A DNA stretch of 64,000 nt from Octopus bimaculoides (Eukaryota): contig NC_068984.1 in NCBI RefSeq assembly GCF_001194135.2, forward strand, positions 63,434,211-63,498,210, read 5' to 3'. Position 1 is the stretch's first letter, and each line of letters begins with the position of its first letter. The position numbers were made by a program, and so were the translations under genes. Below are positions 26,276 to 39,800 of this stretch, piece by piece. The notes beneath the pieces were generated by a model, which made no database searches, had not been told where the DNA came from, and was given only the letters and a program-made list of their open reading frames with translations.

Positions 26276-27019
26276 AACAAGATGAAAGATATATATGCGT
26301 GAGTACGTAATTAGTGTCATGTCAGTAATAAGTTCCGTTCACAACCACCATGTTCTTGATTGGATCCCTCTACGTGGTATCCATAATTCGCGATTTAGAG
26401 TGCAATTAGATTTAGCTCCATAGTTTGAGAAACCTTGTAATTCTTTTGAATCTAGAAACACCGAATGAGTAATTGAATTCCTTATATCTATTCCATTGAA
26501 ATATGTTGTAGGTTCAATGGCGCCGAGATCTAAACGAAGTCGCCATAAGCATCATATTATAATGTCATTGTAATTCTATATATCACCCATTATTCATTTC
26601 AAATTACAATTGGCACATACAAGATAAATCAAATTAAATCTGCTGCACCCCGATTTATTCTTATGAATGAATGCTGCTTATGCATCGGCAACATATTAAA
26701 ATATATAACACTTCGTGAAATATATTATTGAGACTGTACCTCAACTCAGACTTGCTGGCAATAATACATCTCATCTTATTATCAAGGGATACTAACAAGC
26801 AGCCTTATCAAGCAAATTAGGATTTTAAACAAATACTCATCGTGCAAAAGCATAAGACTAAGGTCTAAACTGTAAATAATAAACTGCGCATTAATTTATA
26901 TTATAACATCGATTCTAATTTGTAATAAATATATTGGAATATATTCCCGTCGAAGAGATAATCTTTCTTCTGATGTAGTTTTAATGATCATTCCAATAAA
27001 TATGCTACATCATTTTAAC

Positions 27020-27051
<32 letters not shown>

Positions 27052-28249
27052 TAATCAACAGACATTGATATAATTGGAGCCATTGATTTAAAATTGCGCA
27101 AATCATATATATGGAAACATGGAGAATACATAAACTTCAGCTAAAACTTTTTGAAATTGTTAATAGGTATTTGATAATGACATTTAAATGAGGTTCAGCG
27201 CTACCAATCTGAAGATTCCATCTTATCAAAACCGACGATATTGACGGTTTCCAGTCCCATAAACAATTTTATATGGATATCCATAAACAACTATATTGAA
27301 TGTATCCAAAATATAGCATAACAAGGGTGACAAATTGTATACTATTCAACTAATTGCTATTGTCATGAAACGAAAATGATTTGAAACTCATTGAGCAACC
27401 TCTCAGGTTAAACCACAGTTCTAAAATCATGAAGAAATCCAATGGCTTCTTAGTATCATTACTCAGCATGACAATTCTTAACAACTCAACTGATATTGAT
27501 TTAAACTACAAATAGATGTTACCATAAAATTACGGTTTGCATCTCGAGTCTAGAAGTTTAATTTTATGACGAGAATTGATTACCAGGAAGCAAGCCAGTG
27601 ACGCACAAACAGACGTTTATCATCCATCAGTCTGTTACCATATCTGTCATGAGAGTCTTGCATCTCTGGACATTGATACACTAAGGCTGTGACGATTCTC
27701 AACCTATTTGGTAGACGACAAGTTTATTCATCGACTTTCTTAAAGCCTTGACCACTTTCTTGAATTCAATATCAGTAGCATGCCCATGAGCGCTACATGT
27801 TTATAAAATGTTTACAACAATTATCGCTCTTTTACACTTTTCCTTCGAGTTGTAGTACACTTCAGTGAGATGTGTTTATTATTCAAGAATTATTCAAGAA
27901 TTATTCATTATTCAAGAATTTTGAAGTTTTATTTGAAAATGTTGCTATATATATAAACTTATAGATAAGTAATAGGTAATGTATCGTATTTGACGATTTC
28001 AGAGGTGTTCGTATAGCATTGGTTTTTATATAGTCTAAAATAAGGAGAGATAGTTAAAGTAATTCTCAAATTCTGAAAGCTGTGTAACATAACAGGAAAA
28101 TCTCAAAGTAACATTTTTAAAGGAAGTAAAAAATATAGAAAAATGTGAATGGTCATTAAGTGGTAAAAAATTGAGTGTTCGTTATGCCAAAGCATCCTCT
28201 TTTACATATCCCTCCCGAATCTGTAGACGCAAGCCCAGTGCCGGTAACA

Positions 28250-28691
28250 TTCACGTGGACTGTGATCATAACACTCCTCTATCATTCCTATCTCCAACTA
28301 GCACTTAAGAGCGAGCCTTTCCCACGAAACTACCAATTCGCCTAAACATTTCTGGTCACTCTGATCATTTCAAGTCATAGACGGTTAAGTTTCTCTAGAA
28401 ATAACATTCGTCGCTTGTTATGTCCAGCACTATCGTTTTATCCTTTAGCTTTTGCAAGATTCAACCGTTTCCAAAGCAACATCGCAATTTTCCCTCCTGA
28501 TTCTTCTTCACGTCAATATGCTTAAAGCTTTCGCTAGAAGCTGGTGCACATTCTCGTGCCTTGGATATACTCGTTTAATTCCTGGATACTACACTTGTCC
28601 CGAGTGACCCGAAGTCGTTGAGCATGATGATGTTTGTCTTGGTTGAACCCACTTTATGTGCATTCACACTGCCTATTCTCTGCAAGGCCAT
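28250..28691 (-). pseudogene. APE endonuclease N-terminus of a Tx1/L1-like LINE, frameshifted
   Basis: From the ATG at 28691: MALQRIGSVNAH...IMLNDFGSL, then in other frames IQE, AMLLWKRLNL and FRRIGSFV...VLVGDRN, matching APE motifs (xNVxGL, IQET, LxGDxN) in order. Confidence 0.65.
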
Positions 28692-28989
28692 GTTTGATGT
28701 ATGGGTGTAAAGTGAGAAGGATTACTAACCATTTTCCTGTGAATGGACGGACGATCCGAAATTCCACTTAAATTTTAGATGTTTCTATTAGTAAACTTTT
28801 ATAAATCCTTTTGTTTCTCGTTCCCCACGAAGCCTCCTATTCCATCGAAATATTTTGTTTTTAGTCTGTTGTAAATGTGTTTTATTACATTTAAGATTTT
28901 TGTGTTGGAATGTTAACTGTCAGTATAAAGAGGTACTTCTACGCAACGATTTGTGTAGACGTATATAGATGAGCACCATGATTTAAGAA

Positions 28990-29570
28990 TATTATTATTA
29001 TTATTATTATTATTGACTGAGAGAGCAGTGCATGCCATCAAAGTGACACTAGGGCAAAATATACGAAGCCTATTATACCCATCATGACTACCCGTCTGAT
29101 AAGGGTATACTAGGTACATGCATCACAACCATATGTGCGTCACATGGTGATCTCATAAGAAGATAAACAGCGCATGACCTTGCAGGTGGGGCCCAGTTAG
29201 AATTTTCTTCAGGTTGAGTCGCCCATCCCGCTCAAATGGTATCTGAATAAGGTTTGTTTAAGGATGTTGAGCAAAACACCCATATTTCCAAAGGTGAATT
29301 AGTCAAACCCCAAAGAACTCGTCTCAACACATGGCTATGATGCTCCACCACTACTTCTGCTCGTGATCAGAGATGCATATATCGTCAGCCACCAAGGGAC
29401 ATGCTGAACTGGTTAAGGTCAAACAACTGACAAGCAAATTTGTGGTATTAAGCAGAATATTTGCTGTAGCCCATCTTTTATACCAAGACAAAACAACGTA
29501 CATGCTAACACTTCCAATTAATTAAGATCAGAAACCATGAGAGCCACTGCCTGGTACTGCATCAGGGTAT
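28990..29570 (-). mobile_element. ~580-bp non-coding interspersed repeat ending in an (AAT)n tail
   Basis: Bounded by (TTA)n on both sides; a partial second copy at 30670-30745 (GAGAGAGCAATGCAAGCCATCAAAGTGACACTGGGGTAAAATATACGAAGCC). Probably a LINE 3' UTR or SINE-like partner (inference). Confidence 0.65.
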
Positions 29571-29595
29571 ATTATTATTATTGTTATTATTATTA

Positions 29596-30228
29596 TTTTA
29601 TGTTTGACTTTTGCATACATTTGCACAAGTTGGCTCCAAGTCTCACCTAGAGACCTCAAGAGACAAGTTAGAAGTTAATGTTGGTGTTATACCTAGGGTG
29701 CCATATATTTGTTTTTGTACATAGTGTTGTTCTAGAGAATGTTTAAGAAACCATAATATAATTGTGTTTGTTTTAAAATTTGAGATTACATAGACAGTAT
29801 TTTACGTAGGAGCACTATCTTTTGAATATCTGCCATTTTAGGGTTTCCTAGCATTTGAGGTAGGTAGCAATCAGTCCCATTCCTAGGGCGAATGGTGAGG
29901 TTCTGGAGGAGTGAGATGTGATCATTTTCAAGCATTGGAGGTGGTTTGTGTTCCAAACACTTTTTATCATTAGACAGGTCCATGTTTTAGCACATTACCC
30001 AGTGAATATATTGTGCAGCTCTATCATGCCTGTTGAGATACTCTGTAGGCGCAAGAAGACTGCACATGGAGACAACATCATTAATGGTTTCATGTTGTTA
30101 TTGACATATACGACATGTTGGGAAGCTGTCGTTCTTTTATATGTTGGCCAAGTAGTTTCTTGTAGGTAAGCACTGATCTTGGGCTGCTGTGATAAACCAT
30201 TCTGTTTCTGATTTTAGGCCAGAAGCCA
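29596..30228 (-). mobile_element. 5'-truncated R4/Dong-like retrotransposon with CCHC knuckle and internally deleted RLE domain
   Basis: GLKSETEWFITAAQDQCLPTRNYLANI...TCRICQ*QHETINDVVSMCSLLAPTEYLNRHDRAAQYIHW...PKMADIQKIVLLRKILSM*; (TTA)n on both flanks; 3' UTR nearly identical to 5650-5845. Confidence 0.88.
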
Positions 30229-30245
30229 TTTATTATTATTATTAC

Positions 30246-30313
<68 letters not shown>

Positions 30314-30404
30314 CATCATCATCATCATTATTATTATTATTTTTATATCGATATTTATAGGATTGAGGTTACTCCTCCAGAAAATATGGAAGCAAAAAAG
30401 AAGT

Positions 30405-30562
30405 GTGCTATTGTTATCAAGTGAACGCTATTTCGACATTTCTGGAAGGGTAACCTCAGTCTTATAAATGTTACCAAACTGAAGTAAATTAAAAGTTTAT
30501 TTTTTTAACCCGTGGAAGAGACACGAGGTGTCGAAATATCTTTCACTTGATAACAATGGCAC
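30405..30562. mobile_element. 158-bp MITE-like hairpin with 34-bp inverted arms
   Basis: GTGCTATTGTTATCAAGTGAACGCTATTTCGACA (30405-30438) versus the reverse complement of 30529-30562, GTGCCATTGTTATCAAGTGAAAGATATTTCGACA (31/34 identical). Confidence 0.7.
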
Positions 30563-30595
30563 TATTATTATTATTATTATTATTATTCTATTGAC

Positions 30596-30672
<77 letters not shown>

Positions 30673-30814
30673 TGAGTGAGAGAGCAATGCAAGCCATCAA
30701 AGTGACACTGGGGTAAAATATACGAAGCCTGTTGTACCCATCATGAATAATTCACTAATTAATTTCAGAAATTACACTGAATAAAGGGATGGAAACAAAA
30801 GCGAGCTTATTATA

Positions 30815-31703
30815 AAAGGTGGTATAAAAAAGTTTCTGGAGTAGTTCTGTAGTATGCTAACAGAAGGAAGCACACGGTTGCGTGTGCATTGAGGGCTAGC
30901 AGGGACATTCATGAGGCAGTGTGCTAAGTGACATTGCTGTGTTTACTTCGCAATTTGTCAAATTTGTGTTTTCATGTACGCTGTAGTCTGCAATTTTATC
31001 ATGGACAGGAAGAAAGAGCCAACGTGAAATCTTGCGTTAAACTTGGGATGTCTCCTATAGAACATTGAGCATGCTTCGGAAAGTTTACAGCGATAAGGTA
31101 ATGGGTCGTACGTAATTTTTCGAGTGACACGAGTGCTTAAAAAGCGGAAGACCGTCCCTGCAAGACAATGAGCGATCTAGAAGACTTGTCACGATGGTCA
31201 CCCCCGGAAATATGCATCGAGAATTCGTCCCCCAATGTTAGACCGTCAATCCAGAGTTCTTCGATGACATTTTGAAGTGCTTGAGGGAGATCATTCAGCG
31301 AAAGAGACTGGATCTGTGGAGCACGAAGAATTGGATACTTTACCGAGAATTCCTCACTCGTGATTAATTTGTGAACTAAAATTTGTAAACTATCAAAAAA
31401 CGACATTACATTGTTTCCGCACCCACACTATTCTCTACATGTAGCACCTGCGAATTTCATCTCTCCCCCAAGATTAAAATGCAGCTCAAAGGACTCTGTT
31501 TTAACACCGTTGTCGAGATCCAGAGCGAACCGCAGAAGGTCTTCGACTCGTTTACGGAAAACGACTTCCAGACCAGATTCCAAAAGTAGCAAGTCTATTG
31601 CTGCGCAAGGTGACTATTTCGAATGAAATGATATTAAGACTTAGTTAAATAATTTAGTTTTTGTTAAACTTAACTAGTCCGTGAACCTATTGATAACACC
31701 TCG
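30815..31703 (+). mobile_element. Internally deleted mariner (Tc1/mariner) element
   Basis: Imperfect TIRs (AAAGGTGGTATAAAAAAGTTTCTGGAGTAGTT versus rc of right end CGAGGTGTTATCAATAGGTTCACGGACTAGTT) with TA on both flanks. HTH remnants ERANVK..VKLG, KVYSDKVMGRT, KSGRPSLQDNERS; C-terminal remnants PHPHYSLHVAPANF, MQLKGLCFNTVVEIQ, GDYFE. Confidence 0.9.
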
Positions 31704-31793
31704 TATAATCCGATGTTTCTGTTTATTTCGTACTACTTATAAGAAAAACAGGTGGCTCAATAACGGATATGATTTATATTAATTCCCAGTTTT

Positions 31794-31835
31794 CGCATTC
31801 ACACTTACGCATTCACACTTACGCATTCACACTTA
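31794..31835. repeat. 14-bp tandem repeat x3 (CGCATTCACACTTA)
   Basis: Directly visible. Confidence 0.9.
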
Positions 31836-32669
31836 CCGCAAATAGCAAATTTCAAAGGATTTAATTCTGGACAAATTCTTTTGATAGGATCCAGTAATTC
31901 ATGTGATTAATGCTTTCTTAACATGTCTCCGATTGTTCTATTATCTAGATACTAAATGCTCACGCTATAGTTTCATTAGTTAATTATGGGATAAAGACCC
32001 TAAATAAGTGGAAAATAGATATAGCCAAGATTCCTCATTAGAGCATTAATGATTTTAATTGCATTAGATGAGAATTGAAGGGTAAAAAAGATGATTGTAC
32101 TTCACAAGGGAATGTCAATTCTTCATTCATTTAGAGCCTCATGATGATTAAAACAATTAATTTTATTACGAGAATGTATCATTAACAAGGGCATATCAGT
32201 ATAGAAATCGATTGAATAAGTATGAGTATTATTTCCTAATTAGAATCAATCATTATTAACTGCAAAGCAAACATTTCCCTGAGTTAGCAGTGAAATATTC
32301 ACTTCGTCGCTTGAACAATTAGAAATGATACACAAATCAACATTGAACTTCATGTTACCATCTTATTAAAGGCCACATTGGAATCGTAGTCTTCGAAACG
32401 CTATTTAAGATAAATTAATGCAATATAGTTTTGGCTGGAATACCTTTGTCTATAAGACTGATCAGGGGTAACAGAAGCAGCAAAACGTTTTGTGACAAAG
32501 AGTAAATGATTCGGATGACTTAAATACCCGAATCATTTCACTTCTTTCTTGTTAAGGGTAACATGTTCCGAGGAAAATGTTGGCGGTAATACAAGTGGTT
32601 GATCACTTCCTTAACTGTTTGGATGTGATTTCTAAGTGAACAATAAAAAAACAGCCATAATTCTTCATT

Positions 32670-32810
32670 ATTTACATTATTTACATTTGACAGATATTCG
32701 TCCTCATCTTGTTTGTTGTTAACACAACGTTTCGGCTGATATACCCTCCAGCCTTCATCAGGTGTCTTGGGGAAATTTCGAACCTGGTTTCTCATTCCTA
32801 AGGTATTTTT
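32670..32810 (-). mobile_element. PLE terminal-repeat unit carrying an intact hammerhead motif
   Basis: The reverse complement reads AAAAATACCTTAGGAATGAGAAACCAGGTTCGAAATTTCCCCAAGACACCTGATGAAGGCTGGAGGGTATATCAGCCGAAACGTTGTGTTAACAAC. Confidence 0.88.
32721..32766 (-). ncRNA. Type I minimal hammerhead ribozyme motif
   Basis: GACAC-CUGAUGA-A-GGCUG-GAGGGUAUAU-CAGCC-GAAA-CGUU-GUGUU. Stem I GACAC/GUGUU, core CUGAUGA and GAAA, perfect 5-bp stem II, palindromic AACGUU stem III and GUU cleavage triplet. Confidence 0.8.
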
Positions 32811-35151
32811 CAGGACATCTGTAGACCGCATAATAATGTACATAATTCCTCATCTCTTAAATATAAAACTGTATTAGTCATAATTCTTGACTGCTACTCT
32901 ATTTACTAACTCAGAAGGGATATAAATAAGATTAGCCTCGGCGGGATTTGAACTCTAAGTAATGCGATCTCGGAGGAATGACGCACTTGAATAACTCTGC
33001 CAATTGATATCTTGCTATTTCGCTGTTGGTGATTTCTGAATACCTTGAGAGAAGCCTAAGCTTCATGAATTCAATTACAGAATATTCCCTATGAAGAAAG
33101 CACCAGATATTTCAGATTATTCAAAAGAACCGACTGTGTTTATCCGATCCCTGAGGTAGTTAATGTGATTGTAGTAGACTTCTACAAAACAATCCCTGAA
33201 AATTAACGTAACTGCGTCTTTTAAGTGGCGCACAATTATTACATCGTATTTTCCATCCGAATAAATCTGGAATGTGAATCAGCGACACTGTAGAGAAAAC
33301 GTTGCATTCTGTAAATGGTTCCAAAGTTATATATAATGAACAGTATTAAAAGCTTCCACGAATCAATAAACCCATAATAGGAATATGTAGTGGAACCAAT
33401 AGAAACTTGAATATTCTCAGCTATGATCATTAGCGCACGGAAGCTTAAGTTTCATGAATGAAGAATGAGCTGATTGAAACGGGAACAAATGAGCTCATCA
33501 ACAATATTAGTAACTTTGAGCATATAAATGTATGAAATTTGATATTGTTATATCTAAAACAGACAGAAGCATTGAGATGAGTAAAATTCTGAAGTATTGA
33601 ATATACACTTTAGTTTATATGTCAGCATTATTCAACTCTAAAAATATATTTAAGAGACAACCGATGATAACATTTAAAAAATATATAAAATGCTTATCAG
33701 GTAAGTTCAACAATAATATAAAATGAATGTGATGGAAGTTGTACTGACTTATAAATTAGAAATTGGGTGTTACTTTTCCAATTGAGTTAAATGAGAAAGG
33801 TAACTGTCATTAGGATACTTGCTTAACTCCGAAATTAATAACGTTATAAATGATGGATTAAAAAGAACATTTACCTTAGTGAAATGGCAGAAGTACTTGA
33901 ATACTTTCTTAGTATCACGGTATTTGTGTAAATATGTAGTTGGGCGCATGTGTAAGAAAACGACATTTTCTGTTTTCATATATGATAATGAATCACAAAT
34001 TGGAGATCTGGCAGAACCTTTAGCGCATTGGACAAAATACTTTCGGCAGTTCTTCCAGATATTTACTTTGTGAGTTAAAAAGCAATCGGGGGAATTTGCC
34101 TTTGATCATTTGACGGGTCGATGAAATATGTGTAAGTTGATCAATGGGGCTATATAATCGACTACAGCCTCCCCGAATATTTGAAGCATTGTGTCTGTAG
34201 TAGAAAGAGTTTATAATGTACCGAAATAAATCTTTGTATTTTACCTGTATGAACTATACAGTGTATCAGAAATTGTTTATAGAAATATAAGAATTGAAAG
34301 AACCGCCAAGAACGAAAGTAATCAATTCAGTATATACCTATTATGTAAATGAATTCCGTGTTGTATTGCTAATCACGATCGCACTGTCTACAAACGTTCA
34401 CGTTTTTAGTCAAGTGTCTCTATTTACTACCAATATGCTTTGCTTTCTGAACTTAGCAGAAGTTCTCATCTCTTTTCAGAGATTCAAATTTGTTATTAAA
34501 ATTATTCCGTGACTTTCATACAATAGCAATAATATACATCAGTACCTGCTGTAGTATATACCAAATAAATAGAAAATGATAATTCATACGATGCTATGAT
34601 TTTATCCGAACACTATATCCGTAGATCTAGTTATAACAGTTGAAACTTTTCATGTAATATGCACGTAAAAACCATTTATGTGTGAAAATGTGGAGAACAC
34701 TCTCATTCCTGACTGATAATTATATTATAGCTTTATCCATTTATCCACTTGGATGATCTAAATGATTCCGACTGGTCTCATGAAGACGTCTCTTAAATAA
34801 AGTTTTATATATCGGACGATGCAGTTAAATGTGTGGTTGATTTATTTTCATTTAAGCGAATTCAACTTTCAGATATGTAACAAAATTCAATTATGGTAAC
34901 CGATTTCTTTTGAACTCAGACTATTCCAAGTCAAACAAATTATGCATTATAAACAACTATAACTCTCGGTCTTGATCAATTTCTCTAATCACTCCCCCTA
35001 CTGCCTCCTCACCATAGTCATCATTATCATTAATATCATCTTTAAACCTCCTTCCCATCATCATTAATACTTTATCGGCGACATTTCCATATACATACAT
35101 ACTTACACGCATACACATATACCAGTGTCTGTGTATAAATGCATACATACG

Positions 35152-35211
<60 letters not shown>

Positions 35212-35974
35212 GTGTAGATACATTGGGATAGTTATATGAAATCACGCATATTATATAATACAATGTATTACATGCTAACAATGTATGTCTGGTGATTCAA
35301 TGTACAGAATAGTACCGATTTTCCAAATATTCCGGATATTACATCATTTTCAGAATTCTGTTTGAAAAGAACGTCACTGATTCTAATATTAGTATTGTAG
35401 TAAAGTACATAACATATGTATTACCAAATATACAAGCCTCTAGGATGAAATTTTAAGTTCATAGTGCTGGTTCGTTTCTGTGTCAATTGTATATGTGAGG
35501 TTTGGTATATATATATACAGGGCAAGTCAGCTATTTGAAAACTAATTTGTCAAGAGGAACAATATATTTTTATACAATTTGGTACACATATTCTTATGTA
35601 TGCATTCGTCATCAGCCTCGATACGGCTCCTGAAACTAATAAATGCGTTGACCATGTGAAATTATTGATGTCGTTCATAAAAGTGCCCAACAGCAGATAT
35701 CAACGAGTCGTTGGTATAGTGGGTACACACAAGGTTTCTCAGTTATTTTCAATGTGGATTGTACTGTTAAATCGTATAGTTTGTATTATGATATTCCGTG
35801 TCGACCATAATTACAGCTTTTTCTATATCGACTTCTTTAATTGTTATTTCTTCATTATCTTTTAATTTATCTAAGTTATCTCATTCACTCTGGTTTGCTT
35901 TTTGGCTTGTGAGTGTGTTGATATGGGTAACTCAAAATATATCCACAGGTAGGTCAAAGGTTTTGTTCTTACTT

Positions 35975-36848
35975 TCTACTGGGATGTAGTTACTGTTGTA
36001 TCTTACCTCTTGTCGGGATGTAGTTACTGTTGACACGTCGTTCATTTTGTAGTACGTTTCTATGGTGATGCTTAATCTTCTGCTTTCACTATTTGTCAGT
36101 GTAATCCCGTGTCCCCATGGTTGATCCGTCAAGCAGAGTCCCAAGTCAGTCCCAATCTCTGCCAGACTGCTGTGACCATGTAGTATGTGGTCAACCAACA
36201 TGATATGTCAACCCAGACAGTTCCACAGTGAAAATTGTACGACAAGAAGGTTCCAATTCGGAAAATTAATCAACATGACCAGTTTGAGCCGGCGCTCCCA
36301 AATCACGTATCATACAAGGAACAGGACATATCTCTTTTACTGGTTTTATACAATATCCGACTGCGAAGTCTTGGTGCCAGATTAGTCCAGGCGGCTCCAA
36401 AAGGATCTGGATAGTATCGAAATTCCAAAACTACAGAGCAGGACAAGGAGAAACAGAGACCTAAACATTCGAAACTTTATCTTCCTGCACAGATATGGGC
36501 TGCGCTAAACACCTTTGGTCAATAAGCCAACAAATACACCAGCTTGTACAAATCATTTTACGACCTCAGACTCGCAGATACTGCCCGTATGAATCTCACT
36601 TACGACATAACTTCAGTTAACAACTTTGACATCCTCAGCCGCAACTGAGGCAAAGTGGTTTCATCTAAGAAGCCAACGAAGGACTGGATCTTTGTCTTGA
36701 CCCAAGAGACTCTAAGGCCAAGTAATTCCGCTTCCTTATTCAGTGAAAGGAGAACACTCCTTAAAACATCCAGAGACTCAGCAAGAATAACTGCGTCATC
36801 TGCAAAATCTAGGACTGTAATCCTATTTTCACCGGAAGTGCACCACAA
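35975..36848 (-). pseudogene. RTE-like LINE reverse transcriptase C-terminal fragment and 3' end
   Basis: ITVLDFADDAVILAESLDVLRSVLLSLNKEAELLGLRVSWVKTKI (RT motif FADD followed by the GL.V...KTK motif). Downstream decayed ORF, then an 18-bp direct repeat GGGATGTAGTTACTGTTG at 35981-35998 and 36015-36032. Confidence 0.85.
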
Positions 36849-39800
36849 GTCGATCGAGCCGCAATTAGTAATATATATTTTATGCTATGGTCCAGAAATA
36901 TTGTTTGTTTTCGTCAATATATTCCAGGTGATTCAAACTCAGCGTATGTAGTAATCTAATACTTGTAAACCAATGTTCTTATATATATATTATAAACCTT
37001 ACATTCTACGTGGTTTTAATATTTATAGAATATTTTCTAAATGTATTCAACGAGCAAAAATGATTTAAGCCTGGAATATGAAACTCTCCTTATAGGTTCA
37101 GTGATGTATTCAATGATTTGGATTTTAGAAATCAATCTATTTAAATCCAAAGCTCATACTTGGAGCATCTAATTAGTATATGAATGTATCGAATTTTACA
37201 TTTTAGCGGATATCCATAAATACATAGTCAAATATTATTGATTAACCGACGCTAACTAAACTATTTCTACAAGAGCGAAAGAGATGCATAGTAATACCAA
37301 CATAGTATAACAGTCAGATATTTGTATGAATATAAAATCGAAACCGTTAGACCAGAATTTATAACGGAATTCAAGAATTCATGTTTCTGGATGATAAATG
37401 TATGAGTCAAAACCAAAGAAATATTCGAAACAACATTACAAGAATAACTGCAATAAATTGCCTTCTTATTATTTTCCCTCTATATGTGTACATTGATAAA
37501 CTGCATCAATTCAGATCATACATATTTATGTGCATGTATGTCAATGTGTGCAGTATATTTCTCTTTATTTGCGTCCTTATATACATATATATATATATAA
37601 ACAAATATACGCCTTTATATATATGCATATATTGATATATAGAAACAATGAAATATGTATATATTTATATATAGAAACATTGAAACGTTATATATATGTA
37701 TCTATATAAGTAACGTCTATCATCACACTCTCCTCTCCCGTGTTTCTCTACCCTATTTCTCCCTCTATAACGTGATCACCTACGTGTGCGTGCATAGATG
37801 TGAGTGAGTATGTGTGTGCATGACAGAGAGAGAGAGAGAGTGTGAGAGAGAGAGAGAGAGACAGAGAGAGAGAGACAGAGCAATATTTATGTTTGTACAT
37901 GCATCCCAATGAGTCTATGTATTCGACGCATAACTACAAGTTTATATTGAGGTGTCCCAATATAAAATTTAACTGATTCGTATATGAATATTTTAATACT
38001 CTTATTAATGTATACGCTGTTACGATATTATTTCTACACCACTTAGAAATTGTGTGTGAATTAAACCCTCCGGTTCTTAAGATCGCCCCGCTTGGCTTAT
38101 AAACACAATTTTGAAATAATCATCCGTACCACCCTTGATTACCGTGAAAGATTCATTAAATATACTTGCTTCGGAATATATTATTATAATTAGGATTGTA
38201 AGCTACTACAATGAATAAATAGAACTTACCTTTTCTTTCCCTTGGGCGACATACACAGCAATTATTTACATGAAAGCAATATAATGTACATAGAGCATAT
38301 CTGAACACATATGGCCGTAGCAGAATTTGCAGTCTTAGAAACTGTTGCCATGACTTGCATAGGTTTCTTTGCAAATACTGTTTTATTTACTAGAAGTGTC
38401 ATGTTAGATCATATTGGTAAAGTTTATCACATAAGATGTCGTATTGCCTACACAATACTAACTGCAACGTATAATGCACTCAGCAGCAAATAAACACAGC
38501 TATCCATTTGATAATTATCACTAAATAGTAGTATCATATCGTAATCAGCTACTTACAGATAATCGCATTAACTGTAGAATCACAGACCCTAACATTGTTT
38601 AGGATAAAACTTGTTTTAGTACATTTTCATACTCATATCGATCATATATGATTTAACAATGTTTTGATTTGAGAGAATCGGTAGAACTGAGTACAAAATG
38701 CCGCAATATCGAGTTATTTGTTTCTGCTTTCAAGTTTGTATGGAACATTTCTTCCTTCTGATAAAACAGGAACAAGCCTAGTAAACTATACTACCTTTTC
38801 GTACGCATATATGTTGCCTCTGGCTAGAAATCAAAACATTGTTAAGTCATTTAAGATGATCGATATGAGTGTGTAAAAGTACTAATGTTAATATCGTTTA
38901 TTTTCATTAGTATAAAGTCTTCAGATATGAGAATTAAGAGTATAGTTCATTAAATTCCCAATCTTTGGTTTATTCGATCCTGCAATGTTGAATGACAAAG
39001 TCAACCTCGCGCACATTTTTAAAACATTTGGAAGGAAAATGGATGAATCTTGAAACGTAAATTCTAAAAACTACGGACTACGTTACAACTTGAATAGGTG
39101 TTCCTTTGTCAATATACCAGATTGGTTTAATCAATGGTATTTGGTAGAGAAAAACTTCATTCGAAATTTTAAAGAGTAAACATTTAATAAGTGCTGAGAG
39201 TAAAGAGATGCTTGAACGTCACATAGTAATCGGTAAGGTCACAAACTGTGACGAAAGGACTGTGATAGGATAAATCATCAACTAACACATTTGATTAACT
39301 ACTTGATTTTATTCATAATATCAGTTTCAGAAAACGATTCTGATATTAAAAAAAAATCTTGTAAATTAAAAAAAAAAAAAGAACCAATGTTTTGAAGGTA
39401 TGGGAAGTCTGTTTTAGTAGTTACTGCACCAAGAATCATATCTGCAAAAGAAACAACGTTCGGTTCTTCAAATATAAAACCGAAATCTGTTTGACTTATT
39501 TCACTTTATTCTACTTATGGAGTAGACATGTTTACATTTACCCAATGTGACTGAAGACACAGAGATTTAAGTTAAATCTTGCACAATTTACAAACGATAT
39601 TACCTGTATCCCGCTTTGTGCGAAATTTCTGCAATTCCTAATTCACATCCAATCGGATCTGAATCGATGTTGCCCGTATCATTTAACTTTCTTAACGTTT
39701 CATTACCTCAGATCTGTCGAAATATTTTCTGCCAGGAATTTATTTTTAAGATTATAAATGCTGATATTACAAAATATTACTAATTATGTAAAACATTGCT

